Virus record (IMG/VR): IMGVR_UViG_3300046522_000316
Location: 64,001 to 128,000 of that record
Length of the DNA: 64,000 nucleotides
Direction: 5' to 3' (one strand)
Source of the DNA: a virus
Taxonomy: Duplodnaviria; Caudoviricetes
A model generated the notes under the pieces. It saw only the letters and a program-made list of their open reading frames with translations, searched no databases and was not told the origin of the DNA. Positions 9,331 through 19,060 of this stretch are shown here, piece after piece. Positions within the stretch are counted from its first letter, which is position 1; each line of letters begins with the position of its first letter. The translations under genes and the position numbers were made by a program.

Positions 9331-9623
9331 ATTTTGTTCCCCAGTAGCGCCCCTTTTTTAACGAGGGCGTAGGTCATGCCGGATACAACGTGGATATCGA
9401 ATACGAACATGATTTCCACGCTGGCGTTGCCTGTCCAACGCAGACCGACGATGCACGGGAATACTGTCGGCTCTACGTCTGGATTATTTACAGTAGGCAT
9501 CCAGCCCCAGTGGTCGAGGGCATTGATATCGTTTTCGATAAAGAATTCGCGAAGGAATTCACGGTACTCGCTTTCGTCACGAAGTGTTTTGGCTTCGAAG
9601 CCTTCACGCATCATAGCGAACAT
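9327..9623 (-). CDS. Hypothetical protein
   Basis: Start reassigned to MFAMMREG..., which overlaps the sbcC 3' end. Confidence 0.65.
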   Translation of the reverse strand: MFAMMREGFEAKTLRDESEYREFLREFFIENDINALDHWGWMPTVNNPDVEPTVFPCIVGLRWTGNASVEIMFVFDIHVVSGMTYALVKKGALLGNKI

Positions 9624-11907
9624 TGGAAACCCCCTTATATTTCTCAACCGTAACGTAGGAACATTCCGGGTGCAGATGCTTGCCCTTCTGCGTGATGATG
9701 AACACGTGCTGCACCAGCTTACGCAGGAACGGAACGTAGCGTTCAACAAACAGGCCGGTGGTCGCTAAGTCCATGTGGGCATCAGGTTCGTCGAGGATTG
9801 CCAGATTCACCCGGCGACTGTCTTTCGCCATGATTACGCACGCAAGGAAATGCAGCAGACGGAAACTATCCGATTCAGCACCGGACAATTCACGCACGTC
9901 AGAAACGTTACCTTGTCCCCGGTCAACTGTGATATGTACGCCGTCTTCTTTGGCTTCCACTTTGAACTGGAAATTCTCCGCGAAAATCAGCTGCGCATAT
10001 TTGTTGTAGTTCTGTTCTAGGCCGTAAACGATTTCGTGCATCGCGTGCAGCTTCAGCCCTTTGTTGCTGTAGGCCTTCGCCAATATCTTGAAGCGCTTCA
10101 GTTTCCGGATCAGAGGTTTGTATTCCTCGACCTTGAGACTGGCTTCCTCACGTTGCTTTTTCAGCAGTTTCCATTCGGCACGCAGCGAGCTATACCGCAC
10201 GGTGATTTTGTGAGCTTTGCTGTATTTCTTTTCGACCTTTTCCAGCTTGGCTTCGACTTCCGCCAGACGCTTCAGGATATTGTCGTCGGCAGGCACTTCG
10301 TCGAACTCGGCCAGTCGCGCTTTGAGGCGTTTAACTTCGTCCAGCATTTCGAGTTGCTGTTCGATTTTCTCCAGCGACACAACCGGTTGACGCTTCGGCT
10401 GCTTCGGCTTTTCCAGTTCAGACATTTGCTTCGTGATTTCGTCGAAGCGCACTGCGTTTTCGCGCAGGTCTTCGAGTTTTTCCAGTTCAGCACGCAGCGC
10501 CTTGATCTTTTTGCGAGCGCCGTAGAAAGCGCGTTCGTCAAACTTCAGGGCCTTGATGATTTCCGTGTTTTCCTGCTTCGTGATTCGCAGTTCCAACGCG
10601 TGAATCATCGAGTGCGCTTTGCCTTTGCGTTTCTTCGCCTGTGCAATCGTGCGCTCAAGGTCTTTGATGTTGATTTTCTGCATACACGTCGGACACGCGC
10701 CGTCGTCATGATCGTGCAGCAGGTCGGCCAACTTCATTGTCGTTTTGGCGGTGCTGTATTCCTCTTTCAGCGCCTCCATTGGATCGACTTTTTCTTTGTT
10801 GCACTGCGTCAGGAATTTACGCAGATCCGGATCAACATGGTCGTCCAAGTTTTCCAGTTCACGATTGGCTGCGTCGTGCTTGTCCCGAACTTTCTCAAGG
10901 CGTTTATCTTCCGCTTCGAGAACGTCCAGTTCTTCCCGAATTTCTTTGATGCGTTTGCGCAGAGTTTTACTGTCGCCACCGTCGCCCAGTTCTTCGAGTT
11001 GCTTCACCAGTTTTTTCGACCGGCGTGCGTACTTCTCGTTTTCCTCTTCGAACTTTTCCAGCGATTCGTGCAGCTTGCGTTGCTCTTTCAAATCTGCACG
11101 ATCAAAACGGATTTTACCTTGCAGCTTTTTCAGACGTTCGCTGGTGGTCGTGTAGAACTCAACCTGCTTCGACAGGCTTTTCAGTTCCTGACGTTTCGCC
11201 TGCAACTTGTTCACTTTTTTGGACTGGGTGTTGACGATTTCTTTCGCCGCTTCCAGTTCCTTTTCCAGCGTCTTGTTCCAGCCGTTTTTATTCAGCGCAT
11301 CGTTGATGTTCATCAGCTGGTGCGTGAAGGCATCCGACTTGTTCTGCGCGACTTTTACTTCGTCGATTTTCTTTTCGAAATGACGACGCAGCACGTCGAA
11401 CTGATCCAGACGCCACACTTCGCTGATATAGGTCATCCGCGCACGGGGAGTACCGTACAGGAATTCCATTTTCTTCTGCGATTGCAAATGCACATACGAG
11501 TACCATTCATCTGAGGTCAGCGGAATGATTTGTTCGATTTGCGCACGCTGATTGGCTTGGCCCCGCACTTGCAGGTCTTCACCATCGCGCCAGATTTGAT
11601 ACCCGCCCGCCTGTTGTCGAATCCTCCACTTGTGCCCGAGGTTATTCACATCGAATTCAATGAACGATCCTTTCGAGTGGATACGATTTTTCTTTCGGGT
11701 ATCTGCCAACGGCGTCTGTTCAAAACGCACGTTAGGCAGCATCGAGAACAGCAAGGATTTACCGGCGCCGTTGTTTTGGTCTTTGGAGATTTGCGAGTCG
11801 CGGTTGTGCCCGCTAACCGTGGTCAAACCACAGTTGTTAGTGAAATCGAATTCACCCTTTTTGTACGAAACGATACCGCTAAAACGGCTGCCGGTAATCT
11901 CGATCAT
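9604..11907 (-). CDS. sbcC: SbcC/Rad50-family SMC-like ATPase
   Basis: Walker A NGAGKS, coiled coil with CPTC zinc hook, LSGAE signature, Walker B ILDEPD. Confidence 0.92.
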   Translation of the reverse strand: MIEITGSRFSGIVSYKKGEFDFTNNCGLTTVSGHNRDSQISKDQNNGAGKSLLFSMLPNVRFEQTPLADTRKKNRIHSKGSFIEFDVNNLGHKWRIRQQAGGYQIWRDGEDLQVRGQANQRAQIEQIIPLTSDEWYSYVHLQSQKKMEFLYGTPRARMTYISEVWRLDQFDVLRRHFEKKIDEVKVAQNKSDAFTHQLMNINDALNKNGWNKTLEKELEAAKEIVNTQSKKVNKLQAKRQELKSLSKQVEFYTTTSERLKKLQGKIRFDRADLKEQRKLHESLEKFEEENEKYARRSKKLVKQLEELGDGGDSKTLRKRIKEIREELDVLEAEDKRLEKVRDKHDAANRELENLDDHVDPDLRKFLTQCNKEKVDPMEALKEEYSTAKTTMKLADLLHDHDDGACPTCMQKINIKDLERTIAQAKKRKGKAHSMIHALELRITKQENTEIIKALKFDERAFYGARKKIKALRAELEKLEDLRENAVRFDEITKQMSELEKPKQPKRQPVVSLEKIEQQLEMLDEVKRLKARLAEFDEVPADDNILKRLAEVEAKLEKVEKKYSKAHKITVRYSSLRAEWKLLKKQREEASLKVEEYKPLIRKLKRFKILAKAYSNKGLKLHAMHEIVYGLEQNYNKYAQLIFAENFQFKVEAKEDGVHITVDRGQGNVSDVRELSGAESDSFRLLHFLACVIMAKDSRRVNLAILDEPDAHMDLATTGLFVERYVPFLRKLVQHVFIITQKGKHLHPECSYVTVEKYKGVSNVRYDA

Positions 11908-13979
11908 TACGGTTCCAGATATTTTCGGATTTCATTGAGTTGGTCGGCGGCGCTGCCTTGGTGTTCAAAGCGCAGACGTTCTTCCAACATTTTCAAGGTC
12001 AGCGACCATTGTTCATTCGGTCTGTGTGCTTTACAGAATGCTTTGTAGCACATACCCATTGCGTAATAGCCGGGCGGGCCAGTGCGACCGGTAGGGCCGT
12101 CCTCGTTGGGGCCACACGGGCCGGTAATCCCTTCGGGGCCTGTCGTGATTTCAACCTGTTCGCAAAGCAGACCGTTTTCCAGTTCCGCCACCGGGCAATT
12201 GTCTTCGTGCAATTCGTTGCCGAAAGTACGATGTTCACAAATGCATTCGGTAACAGGCACGCCGAGTTCATCAGCCAGTTCACGGCTCATGAAAACAGTC
12301 TCCGGCGTCAGAGTCGATTCGAGAATTGCATCGCGCAATTTGTCGATCTTGACCGTTGCAACTTCTGCGATTTCGTCCAATGCAGCTTCTGCGGCCTGCA
12401 TCAGCAGCGAGATATCACCGGATGTTGAGACAGATCCGATTTTTTCTTCGCCGTGATAAACAGCTGCTTCGTCCTCGACTTCTTCCGCACTTTCTACCGT
12501 GTCGGCACAGCCTGTGAGGAACAACCAATCCACACCATCGACCGATGTAACTTCTGCAACGTTGGTCAACGTCAGAACTTCAACGATGTGTTTTTCATCG
12601 TCCGGATGCAGATTGAATTTCCGGATGAAAACACTGACCTTCACACCACCGTCGAGGAAGTCGGTGATATCTTTCGGGTTGAGACTTTCGATCATCGCGT
12701 AACTGATCAGCGGAACATCGCGATCCGATTTCGGTTTGAACGGTTTGTATTCTTTGCCCTGATAACCAGTTTTCACCGGGAAGGTTTTCGGCGGGAAAGT
12801 CCCGGCCTTCGGGCTGGCGCTGACGGCGGTCTTCTGCGCGTACTGCACGTTCGAAGTGTGTGGCCCTTTCACGATGCTGTCGGGATTGCTCACGTCGTAA
12901 TCGAAATCGACCAGATAACGCGTCACATCGCTGTGATGAATTCGCGTTGTTTCCACGATATCGAAAAGGCGGTAAGGCTCACGGATATTTTCGCAATATT
13001 CGTCCATGATTGCGATTGCATCACTTGGGTCAGTGGTACGGTGCGCAATGTACATGGAACCCGGCACATATTCCAACGTCGGGTCGATAAACTCGGTGCC
13101 ATCCCAACCCATCAACACGCCGCTGCTCGCCACGTCTTCAAAGATTTCCAAGAAACGATCTTTGTCGATGAAATGTTTTTCGCTGATTTCTGCGTACAGC
13201 GAATCACTGGTGAATGCGCCGCGATAGTTCAGCATCCGTGCGCGCAGATCGTCAGAGAAAAGTGTCGGCAAATTGCGGATCTTTTCTGCGTGTGCCAGCG
13301 CCGCTTCGTGATCCTCGGCCAGCGTTTTGTTGTGGTATTCCACCAGCGTTTCCGGAACAGCTTTTTCCAGAACCTGAATCAGGCGCGCAGCCAGATCATC
13401 GTCGGATTCTTCCACAACAGGTTCCGTGATTTCTTGCGCGATTTCTGCAACTGCTTCGACAACGGTTTCAATCGTTTCGTTGAGTAGCGAATAAACCGTG
13501 AGGTTTTTACTCAACAGGCCGTCAGTAACCAGCTTGCGCAGCGGGTTGATCAGCGACGTTCCTTTTGCGAGGCCAAAGTTTTGTGCGATAACGGCGGCGG
13601 TGCGAGGCACACCATCTGCCATGTATTCCGCGATCATTTCAGGCGTGACTTTCATGGCCGTTCCATCGAGTGTTTCATTCGAAGTTTCCGGCACCGACTC
13701 CACAACTGGCACCGGGTCAGGTTTGGTTTCTACCACAGGCGCCAACGCGGCTTCCGCCTGTTGACGTTCCTGTTGACGCTTTTTGAATTCATCGGAAATG
13801 GACAGGCGATTATTTTCCGTCGCCTGCACATAACCCGCCTGTTTCAGACGCTCAAGTGCCCGCGTCAATTGGCTGTGATGCTTTCGCAGTTCATCCCCGT
13901 AATAAGTCAGGGTGCGTCCTTGGTCATTCTTGATTGCGTACAGCAGTTCTACCTCAATCGCGGACAGGTCTGTCATCAC
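11907..13979 (-). CDS. Large acidic protein with N-terminal winged-helix domains
   Basis: MarR-like N-terminal HTH (HSQLTRALERLKQAGYV) and a second wHTH-like segment. Confidence 0.7.
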   Translation of the reverse strand: MMTDLSAIEVELLYAIKNDQGRTLTYYGDELRKHHSQLTRALERLKQAGYVQATENNRLSISDEFKKRQQERQQAEAALAPVVETKPDPVPVVESVPETSNETLDGTAMKVTPEMIAEYMADGVPRTAAVIAQNFGLAKGTSLINPLRKLVTDGLLSKNLTVYSLLNETIETVVEAVAEIAQEITEPVVEESDDDLAARLIQVLEKAVPETLVEYHNKTLAEDHEAALAHAEKIRNLPTLFSDDLRARMLNYRGAFTSDSLYAEISEKHFIDKDRFLEIFEDVASSGVLMGWDGTEFIDPTLEYVPGSMYIAHRTTDPSDAIAIMDEYCENIREPYRLFDIVETTRIHHSDVTRYLVDFDYDVSNPDSIVKGPHTSNVQYAQKTAVSASPKAGTFPPKTFPVKTGYQGKEYKPFKPKSDRDVPLISYAMIESLNPKDITDFLDGGVKVSVFIRKFNLHPDDEKHIVEVLTLTNVAEVTSVDGVDWLFLTGCADTVESAEEVEDEAAVYHGEEKIGSVSTSGDISLLMQAAEAALDEIAEVATVKIDKLRDAILESTLTPETVFMSRELADELGVPVTECICEHRTFGNELHEDNCPVAELENGLLCEQVEITTGPEGITGPCGPNEDGPTGRTGPPGYYAMGMCYKAFCKAHRPNEQWSLTLKMLEERLRFEHQGSAADQLNEIRKYLEP

Positions 13980-15166
13980 TCTTTCTCGGCTAAAAACGCA
14001 CCAACACTGGAATAGAACACGACCGTTTCATCAAGGGTCGCGGTGTTCAGTTTGAGTTCGATTTCACACAGCAAATTTTGCAGTTGGATCAGACTTTTGA
14101 TTCCAGTCTTGACCTTTTCTTTTTTCGCCAGCGCATCGAACAGCTTGCCGTTATACGGCGTGTACTTGTTCATGCCGGTATGCTCGCCAATTCGATATTC
14201 GATCAGCCAGCGGACTTTGTTCAACAGCCCGCGCACACCGCCACAGATTTTGGCAGCTTGCACAACCTTGACATAATCTTTCTGGAAAACTGCCGCAAGG
14301 AAATGCGCAGAAGTTTCGTCCAGATCCGCTTCGATATCCACGAACGACGCGAGGTCGTCAGGATTGTATTTCTTGCCCGAAGCGAGGATAGAAAGAAAAA
14401 TATCCAGCTTCGACACTGCTTCACGCAAAGAGCCGTTACTGGATTCTGCAATTGTGGTCAGGGCCTTTTTCGCTTCCTTCTTGATCGTGTGACCTTCGGC
14501 TTCCGCGATCACAGACATGCGATCAACCAGCGTTGGAATGTCGATTTGCTTCAGACGGAAATGCGTGCAGCGACTGACCAAAGTTTTGTGTACTGCTTCC
14601 GGGTTCGTCGTGCAGAGAATCCAGATTGTGTTCGGTGGTGGATTTTCAGTTGCGGTCAACAACGCTTTTTCAGACGGGCCGCGCAGGGCGTGAACTTCGT
14701 CGAGAATGAAAACGCGTTTGCGGGTGTTCGGCGCGTTGTTCGCGGCGGCGATCAGATTACGGATGCTGGCAATGGAACCATCGACCGCGCAATCGTAATA
14801 GGAAACGTCCGGGTGTTTCTTGAACTGGCAGCTGTAGCACTTGCCGCACAGGTTCAGTTTTTCGCAGTTCACTTGCCGACTGAAGATCAGGGCGAACGTG
14901 GTTTTGCCGCAACCGTAATGCCCGGAGAACATCAACGACGACGGAACTTTTTGACGCTTGAACATGCCTTCGATTGCCGACGTTGCATGATCCTGACCAA
15001 CCACATCTGCCAGTTTGCGCGGGCGATATTCGTTTGCCAGTTGCGAAGTTTCCAGCGTCAGTTTCTCGCCGGATTTTTCACTGGCTTTTTTCTTCGCCTT
15101 TTTCACATTGGCTTCGGTATCAGATTTGAACGTCTTGACTTTCTTTTTTACTTTATCGGTTGCCAT
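13976..15166 (-). CDS. dnaX: DNA polymerase III gamma/tau-like clamp-loader ATPase
   Basis: YRPRKLADVVGQ, GHYGCGKTT, zinc module CxxxxxCxxCxxC, ILDEVH, SRC motif. Confidence 0.92.
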   Translation of the reverse strand: MATDKVKKKVKTFKSDTEANVKKAKKKASEKSGEKLTLETSQLANEYRPRKLADVVGQDHATSAIEGMFKRQKVPSSLMFSGHYGCGKTTFALIFSRQVNCEKLNLCGKCYSCQFKKHPDVSYYDCAVDGSIASIRNLIAAANNAPNTRKRVFILDEVHALRGPSEKALLTATENPPPNTIWILCTTNPEAVHKTLVSRCTHFRLKQIDIPTLVDRMSVIAEAEGHTIKKEAKKALTTIAESSNGSLREAVSKLDIFLSILASGKKYNPDDLASFVDIEADLDETSAHFLAAVFQKDYVKVVQAAKICGGVRGLLNKVRWLIEYRIGEHTGMNKYTPYNGKLFDALAKKEKVKTGIKSLIQLQNLLCEIELKLNTATLDETVVFYSSVGAFLAEKE

Positions 15167-15197
15167 GTCACAGCCTACGTTAGAGGGTATAGGTTAT

Positions 15198-15206
15198 ATT
15201 TACAGT
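15198..15206 (-). promoter_or_regulatory. ACTGTAAAT motif upstream of dnaX
   Basis: Exact motif about 30 bp before the ATG. Confidence 0.7.
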
Positions 15207-15472
15207 ATGGTGGCGTTAAGCTCTTTCTTCGCTGCGTAGATACGCACGGCTTTGCGTGCCTCGGCCTCAGATGCCCCCGCATCAATTGCCCGGCGATAAA
15301 TCTCACGCTCCATACGGCGCTGGCTACGGCTTTTGTGTGGCCGCTTGGCCCGTGGCTTTTTCACAGGCTTTTTCGGTTGCACCATGTAAGCCAACAAGCC
15401 GATGGAAAGCCCGATACCAACAGCCCAATAAAAAACATTGATCCAGTCGTCAACTGTCATGAGTATTTCCAT
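15200..15472 (-). CDS. Small membrane protein with a basic C-terminus
   Basis: One hydrophobic helix (VFYWAVGIGLSIGLLAYMV). Confidence 0.65.
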   Translation of the reverse strand: MEILMTVDDWINVFYWAVGIGLSIGLLAYMVQPKKPVKKPRAKRPHKSRSQRRMEREIYRRAIDAGASEAEARKAVRIYAAKKELNATIL

Positions 15473-15696
15473 CGCCCAAGCATGATTCGCACAGGATCAA
15501 TATTCCCGTACACAAAAACAGAATGCTTGCGATCATGCGTGCTGTTGATTACGAGCCGGTTATAGGCCCACGCATTTTGTGCCAATGGATCAGCGAGTGG
15601 TAAGGTGCGCACCAATACCTGCGGCGCACCTACCAATACTTCTCGCCATTCACCGTCAGCAGGCCCACCAAAAAATAAACAATTTTCGGTTTCCAT
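15457..15696 (-). CDS. Hypothetical protein
   Basis: FFGGPADGEWR motif typical of small phage proteins. Confidence 0.65.
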   Translation of the reverse strand: METENCLFFGGPADGEWREVLVGAPQVLVRTLPLADPLAQNAWAYNRLVINSTHDRKHSVFVYGNIDPVRIMLGRWKYS

Positions 15697-15705
15697 GCTT
15701 AACCT

Positions 15706-16947
15706 TTATTCGGCAATAGCTGCCTTCAGAGTTTTATCCAGAAGTTTCTGAACAGTTTTCGGAATGGATTTGCCGGTCAGAGAAAGCGCGAAGGCCTCGG
15801 CAAACATTTCTTGCACGTTGGTGCCTGCGTATTCGCCCATCAGCGCAGTTACCGAATCGGTGTTGGAGAACGAAGCCGAAGTCGGCCAGATTTCCGCCAG
15901 CACTTTGCTGTTTTGGTTCAGCAAAACGTTCGCGTCTTCCGGCGTCATTTTGTGAACTTTCTTCAGGTACGAAAGCGCTTCTTTGAACAGGGCCAGTTCG
16001 TCTTCTTCGAGGTCGCGTTGGAATTCGCGAATGCTCATTTGAGAATTGACCAGCGACTGACACAACGATTCCATGTCCGATTTCTTGGCCTTGGAAACTT
16101 TAGTCATCGTGTTGTACTGTTCCAGCCACAGCGCACGGATTTTTTCAGGCACGAAGCGATACCACACAGCGTGGCCGATTTCGTGAATGAAAATGTACTG
16201 GTTGTAGATTTGATCTTCCACGATTTTCGGGAAGAGTTTAATCAGGTCAACCGCTTCGCCGGTCTTGAAGCTGACCGAGTAGGTGCCCGCCCACTTGCCT
16301 TTCGGATTGTGAACTTCGATACGGCTGATCGGGAAAACTTTTTCCAGATCGAGGTCAACGATTTTCTTGTGCGCTTTTTTCACACCGATGCGGATCGCTT
16401 CTTTCTCGGCGTCGGAACACTTGCGGTAGAAGTGCATCGGGCCAATCGGCGTGTCGATTTCGCCAAGGTGCGGCATGATTTCCACACCGAAAACTTTACC
16501 CGGCTTCGGATCTTTGCCGAGGTTGGCAATCAGCGTGTTCGCGTCGTATTCGATGGCGACCGGCTCATTGGTATTCAGCGATTCTTCCAGATACGCAGTG
16601 TTGCGTTTCGGGCTGTGCGCGAATGCCAGTTTATTTTTCTTGCCGATTTGGACAATGATGTAGTCGTCCTGTTCGACCGGCAGTTGGACTTTGGCGTCGG
16701 CTGCTGCCACTTCGGTTTTCTTTTTCTTTTTCACCTTGCCGTCGCCAGCTTTGGTGCCGCTCACGTCACGACCGAGGTCTTTCATTTTCGGCTTGAGGTC
16801 GAGGCCTTCCGACTTCACCAAACCTTTTTTCTTTTTCTTTTTCGGCGCGTCGTCTTCTACAACGACTTTCTTTTTCTTTTTCGGTGCAACGTCTTCGCTG
16901 CTACTCTTCTTCTTTTTCTTCTTTTTCTTCAGGTCATCATCAGCCAT
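15706..16947 (-). CDS. Zincin-like metallopeptidase with a poly-Lys N-terminus
   Basis: HEIGH (HExxH) and downstream Y..TN..EMFAEAF third-ligand motif. Confidence 0.7.
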   Translation of the reverse strand: MADDDLKKKKKKKKSSSEDVAPKKKKKVVVEDDAPKKKKKKGLVKSEGLDLKPKMKDLGRDVSGTKAGDGKVKKKKKTEVAAADAKVQLPVEQDDYIIVQIGKKNKLAFAHSPKRNTAYLEESLNTNEPVAIEYDANTLIANLGKDPKPGKVFGVEIMPHLGEIDTPIGPMHFYRKCSDAEKEAIRIGVKKAHKKIVDLDLEKVFPISRIEVHNPKGKWAGTYSVSFKTGEAVDLIKLFPKIVEDQIYNQYIFIHEIGHAVWYRFVPEKIRALWLEQYNTMTKVSKAKKSDMESLCQSLVNSQMSIREFQRDLEEDELALFKEALSYLKKVHKMTPEDANVLLNQNSKVLAEIWPTSASFSNTDSVTALMGEYAGTNVQEMFAEAFALSLTGKSIPKTVQKLLDKTLKAAIAE

Positions 16948-16948
16948 T

Positions 16949-17233
16949 TCATTCTCCAGAATTTACGATGGGGTCGTAGGGCAACCCTGTTTTAGCGTGA
17001 AAGAATTTCGCGTTTGGATCGGGCTTGTTAAGCAGCCGGTGGTTGTAGAAAACATCACCGCCTGAAATAGGTTGGGAAATAATACCGCCCTCGAATTCCA
17101 GTTCACGGACTTCGATAATCGCATGCGGGTTGTTTTTCCACACGGTGGTTTTCCAGCGCTCGCCCATGATCCAACCGCCTGCGAATTTCACAGGTTCATT
17201 TTGCGCGTTGTACGAATTGCGCCAGACCTTCAC
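16949..17233 (-). CDS. Hypothetical protein, paralog of 17498-17845
   Basis: Shared F.GGW..G..WK and FF.A.T..PYD motifs. Confidence 0.7.
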   Translation of the reverse strand: MKVWRNSYNAQNEPVKFAGGWIMGERWKTTVWKNNPHAIIEVRELEFEGGIISQPISGGDVFYNHRLLNKPDPNAKFFHAKTGLPYDPIVNSGE

Positions 17234-17532
17234 GGCATAAGCCAGTGTTTAGGTTGGTTCACGGCGAACCACTTTTCGTCGCGTTCTTCGCTGACAGAAA
17301 AAAGTTGCGAACCATCTGCCATGTCAGTCATGGTAATCAGATGGCCGAATTGTTCGCTGTTCAAGACTTCGTTGTGCGTCGGCACCAGATCAAACGGCTG
17401 CATGTTTTTATGCTTGAACATAAACGCGATATCTTCCGAATCCGTGTAAACGGCAACGGAACGAAAACCGTATTGACTCAGGATTCCAGAATCACGCTCA
17501 AGCAGTTTGATCAGGGGTTTCGTCGGAGTCAT
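17230..17532 (-). CDS. Hypothetical protein
   Basis: Coupled ORF. Confidence 0.65.
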   Translation of the reverse strand: MTPTKPLIKLLERDSGILSQYGFRSVAVYTDSEDIAFMFKHKNMQPFDLVPTHNEVLNSEQFGHLITMTDMADGSQLFSVSEERDEKWFAVNQPKHWLMP

Positions 17533-17845
17533 CGCGGGCTTCCTCAGTGTAATTGACCGGGCCGTCGTAGGGTTCGTGGGTGACAGCGTTGAAGAACGCA
17601 GAACTTTTGCGAGATTTCAACGTAGACAACCGATGTGCTTCGATCATCACATCACCATTCACAAACGCGGCGCTGTGCAGGGCGCTAAATGGAACGGTGC
17701 GACGTTCGATAATCGTATCGCGGCTGGCCCATTTCTTTTTCTTCCAGTCGTTGCCCAACATCCAGCCACCGGAAAACGTAGGCTCTTTGTCGGGCGAATG
17801 AAACGAATGACGCCACACGTGAACAGTCGAAAATGAACGGCTCAT
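17498..17845 (-). CDS. Hypothetical protein, paralog of 16949-17233
   Basis: Shared motifs as above. Confidence 0.7.
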   Translation of the reverse strand: MSRSFSTVHVWRHSFHSPDKEPTFSGGWMLGNDWKKKKWASRDTIIERRTVPFSALHSAAFVNGDVMIEAHRLSTLKSRKSSAFFNAVTHEPYDGPVNYTEEARDDSDETPDQTA

Positions 17846-18393
17846 ACTTTCGGTTCCATATCGAAATAATCCGGATGGTAATCGAAAGCCTGCTGCATCC
17901 TGCCGTCGAGCATGTAATCGTACAGGGTGCCCATGTGTTCCTGCGCCGTCACGTGGTACGAAAATCCGCTAGTGTCCGGCCAGTTGCGATTGGTGCCGTT
18001 TTCGAACACTTTGGAACTGGTGCGAATCCACGGCGACAGCGTGCCGTCTGGCAGCGGATGTTTTGCCAGATAAATCGTTTTACGGTCACGGTTGCCCAAG
18101 TGCTTGCGTTCTATTGCAGCGTTGTGCATTTGTTTTGCAATCCACTGGCGAGGATCGAATGCATCATCTTCCTGCACTTCGCACAAAATCTTCTGCGCCT
18201 GATAATGGCACGGGTGCTTGCCTTCGAGGTACGTCATGATTTCGTTGTATTTCTGTTCGCTAATGGTTTCCCATTCGCCCCAGCCCGCCGCGAGTTCTTC
18301 GGCTGTGAAATCACGGTTGCGTGTGCCGTAGTAAACGTTGGCGTCCCACGAACGATAACGATACGAATAAAAGACTTCAGTTTTTTGCGTCAT
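17842..18393 (-). CDS. Hypothetical protein
   Basis: Coupled ORF. Confidence 0.7.
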   Translation of the reverse strand: MTQKTEVFYSYRYRSWDANVYYGTRNRDFTAEELAAGWGEWETISEQKYNEIMTYLEGKHPCHYQAQKILCEVQEDDAFDPRQWIAKQMHNAAIERKHLGNRDRKTIYLAKHPLPDGTLSPWIRTSSKVFENGTNRNWPDTSGFSYHVTAQEHMGTLYDYMLDGRMQQAFDYHPDYFDMEPKV

Positions 18394-19060
18394 TGCCGAT
18401 TTCCTTAACAGGGTTGGCTTGGGAAATCATTTCGCCAAGTTCTTTGGTCATCCAACCATTTGCAATCTGGTCGTTTTCGATGATGCCCATGTATTTGAAA
18501 CCGGCGTCAGTGTTGAATTGGAAGGCGCCGCCCGCGTTCATGGTTTCGTTGAAACGCTTCACGGTTTTCGCCCAAACTTTCCCGTTCTGGCCGACGTAGA
18601 AAACGAACACCGGATATTCTTCGCGCTTGTCTTCGCGTGCGCCTTCGTTGGCGAATCCGAGAACCAGATACGGGATGCTGTTCGTGTGGTGCGTGTAGAT
18701 CGAACCGAGGCCCGGCAGAATGTCGTCGCCCACAATCGTGGTGCCGAACGCAGGCACAGGGGATTCGATGCGTACAGGCGGTTTGTTGATGATCGACAGG
18801 CTACCGATTTCGTGCGGGTAGAAAAGTTTCGTGATGCCCGTCGAAATATGCACGCCAACCATAACCGAATCATCGGCGGCGGTTACGTCGTAAGTTTCTT
18901 TGTGGTGGTCAACGATTTGGTGCTGACCGGGAATGCACGAACGATAACGCAGCACGCCGTTTTTTACCGTGACATTGTAAACGGGGCCGCTATTGCGCAG
19001 GGCCAGCAGCTGGTCAAGCAGTTCGTTTACTTGCGATTCAGAATAACTCATTATTTTCAC
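18377..19060 (-). CDS. Protein with a DUF1653-like C-terminal domain
   Basis: GSIYTHH...YLVLGFAN...VFYVGQNGKVWAKTVKRF. Confidence 0.6.
   Translation of the reverse strand: MKIMSYSESQVNELLDQLLALRNSGPVYNVTVKNGVLRYRSCIPGQHQIVDHHKETYDVTAADDSVMVGVHISTGITKLFYPHEIGSLSIINKPPVRIESPVPAFGTTIVGDDILPGLGSIYTHHTNSIPYLVLGFANEGAREDKREEYPVFVFYVGQNGKVWAKTVKRFNETMNAGGAFQFNTDAGFKYMGIIENDQIANGWMTKELGEMISQANPVKEIGNDAKN

Noticed and set aside
10036-16995. Long + strand ORFs (492, 344, 495 and 394 aa)
   Set aside because: Antisense shadows of sbcC, the wHTH gene, dnaX and the zincin gene
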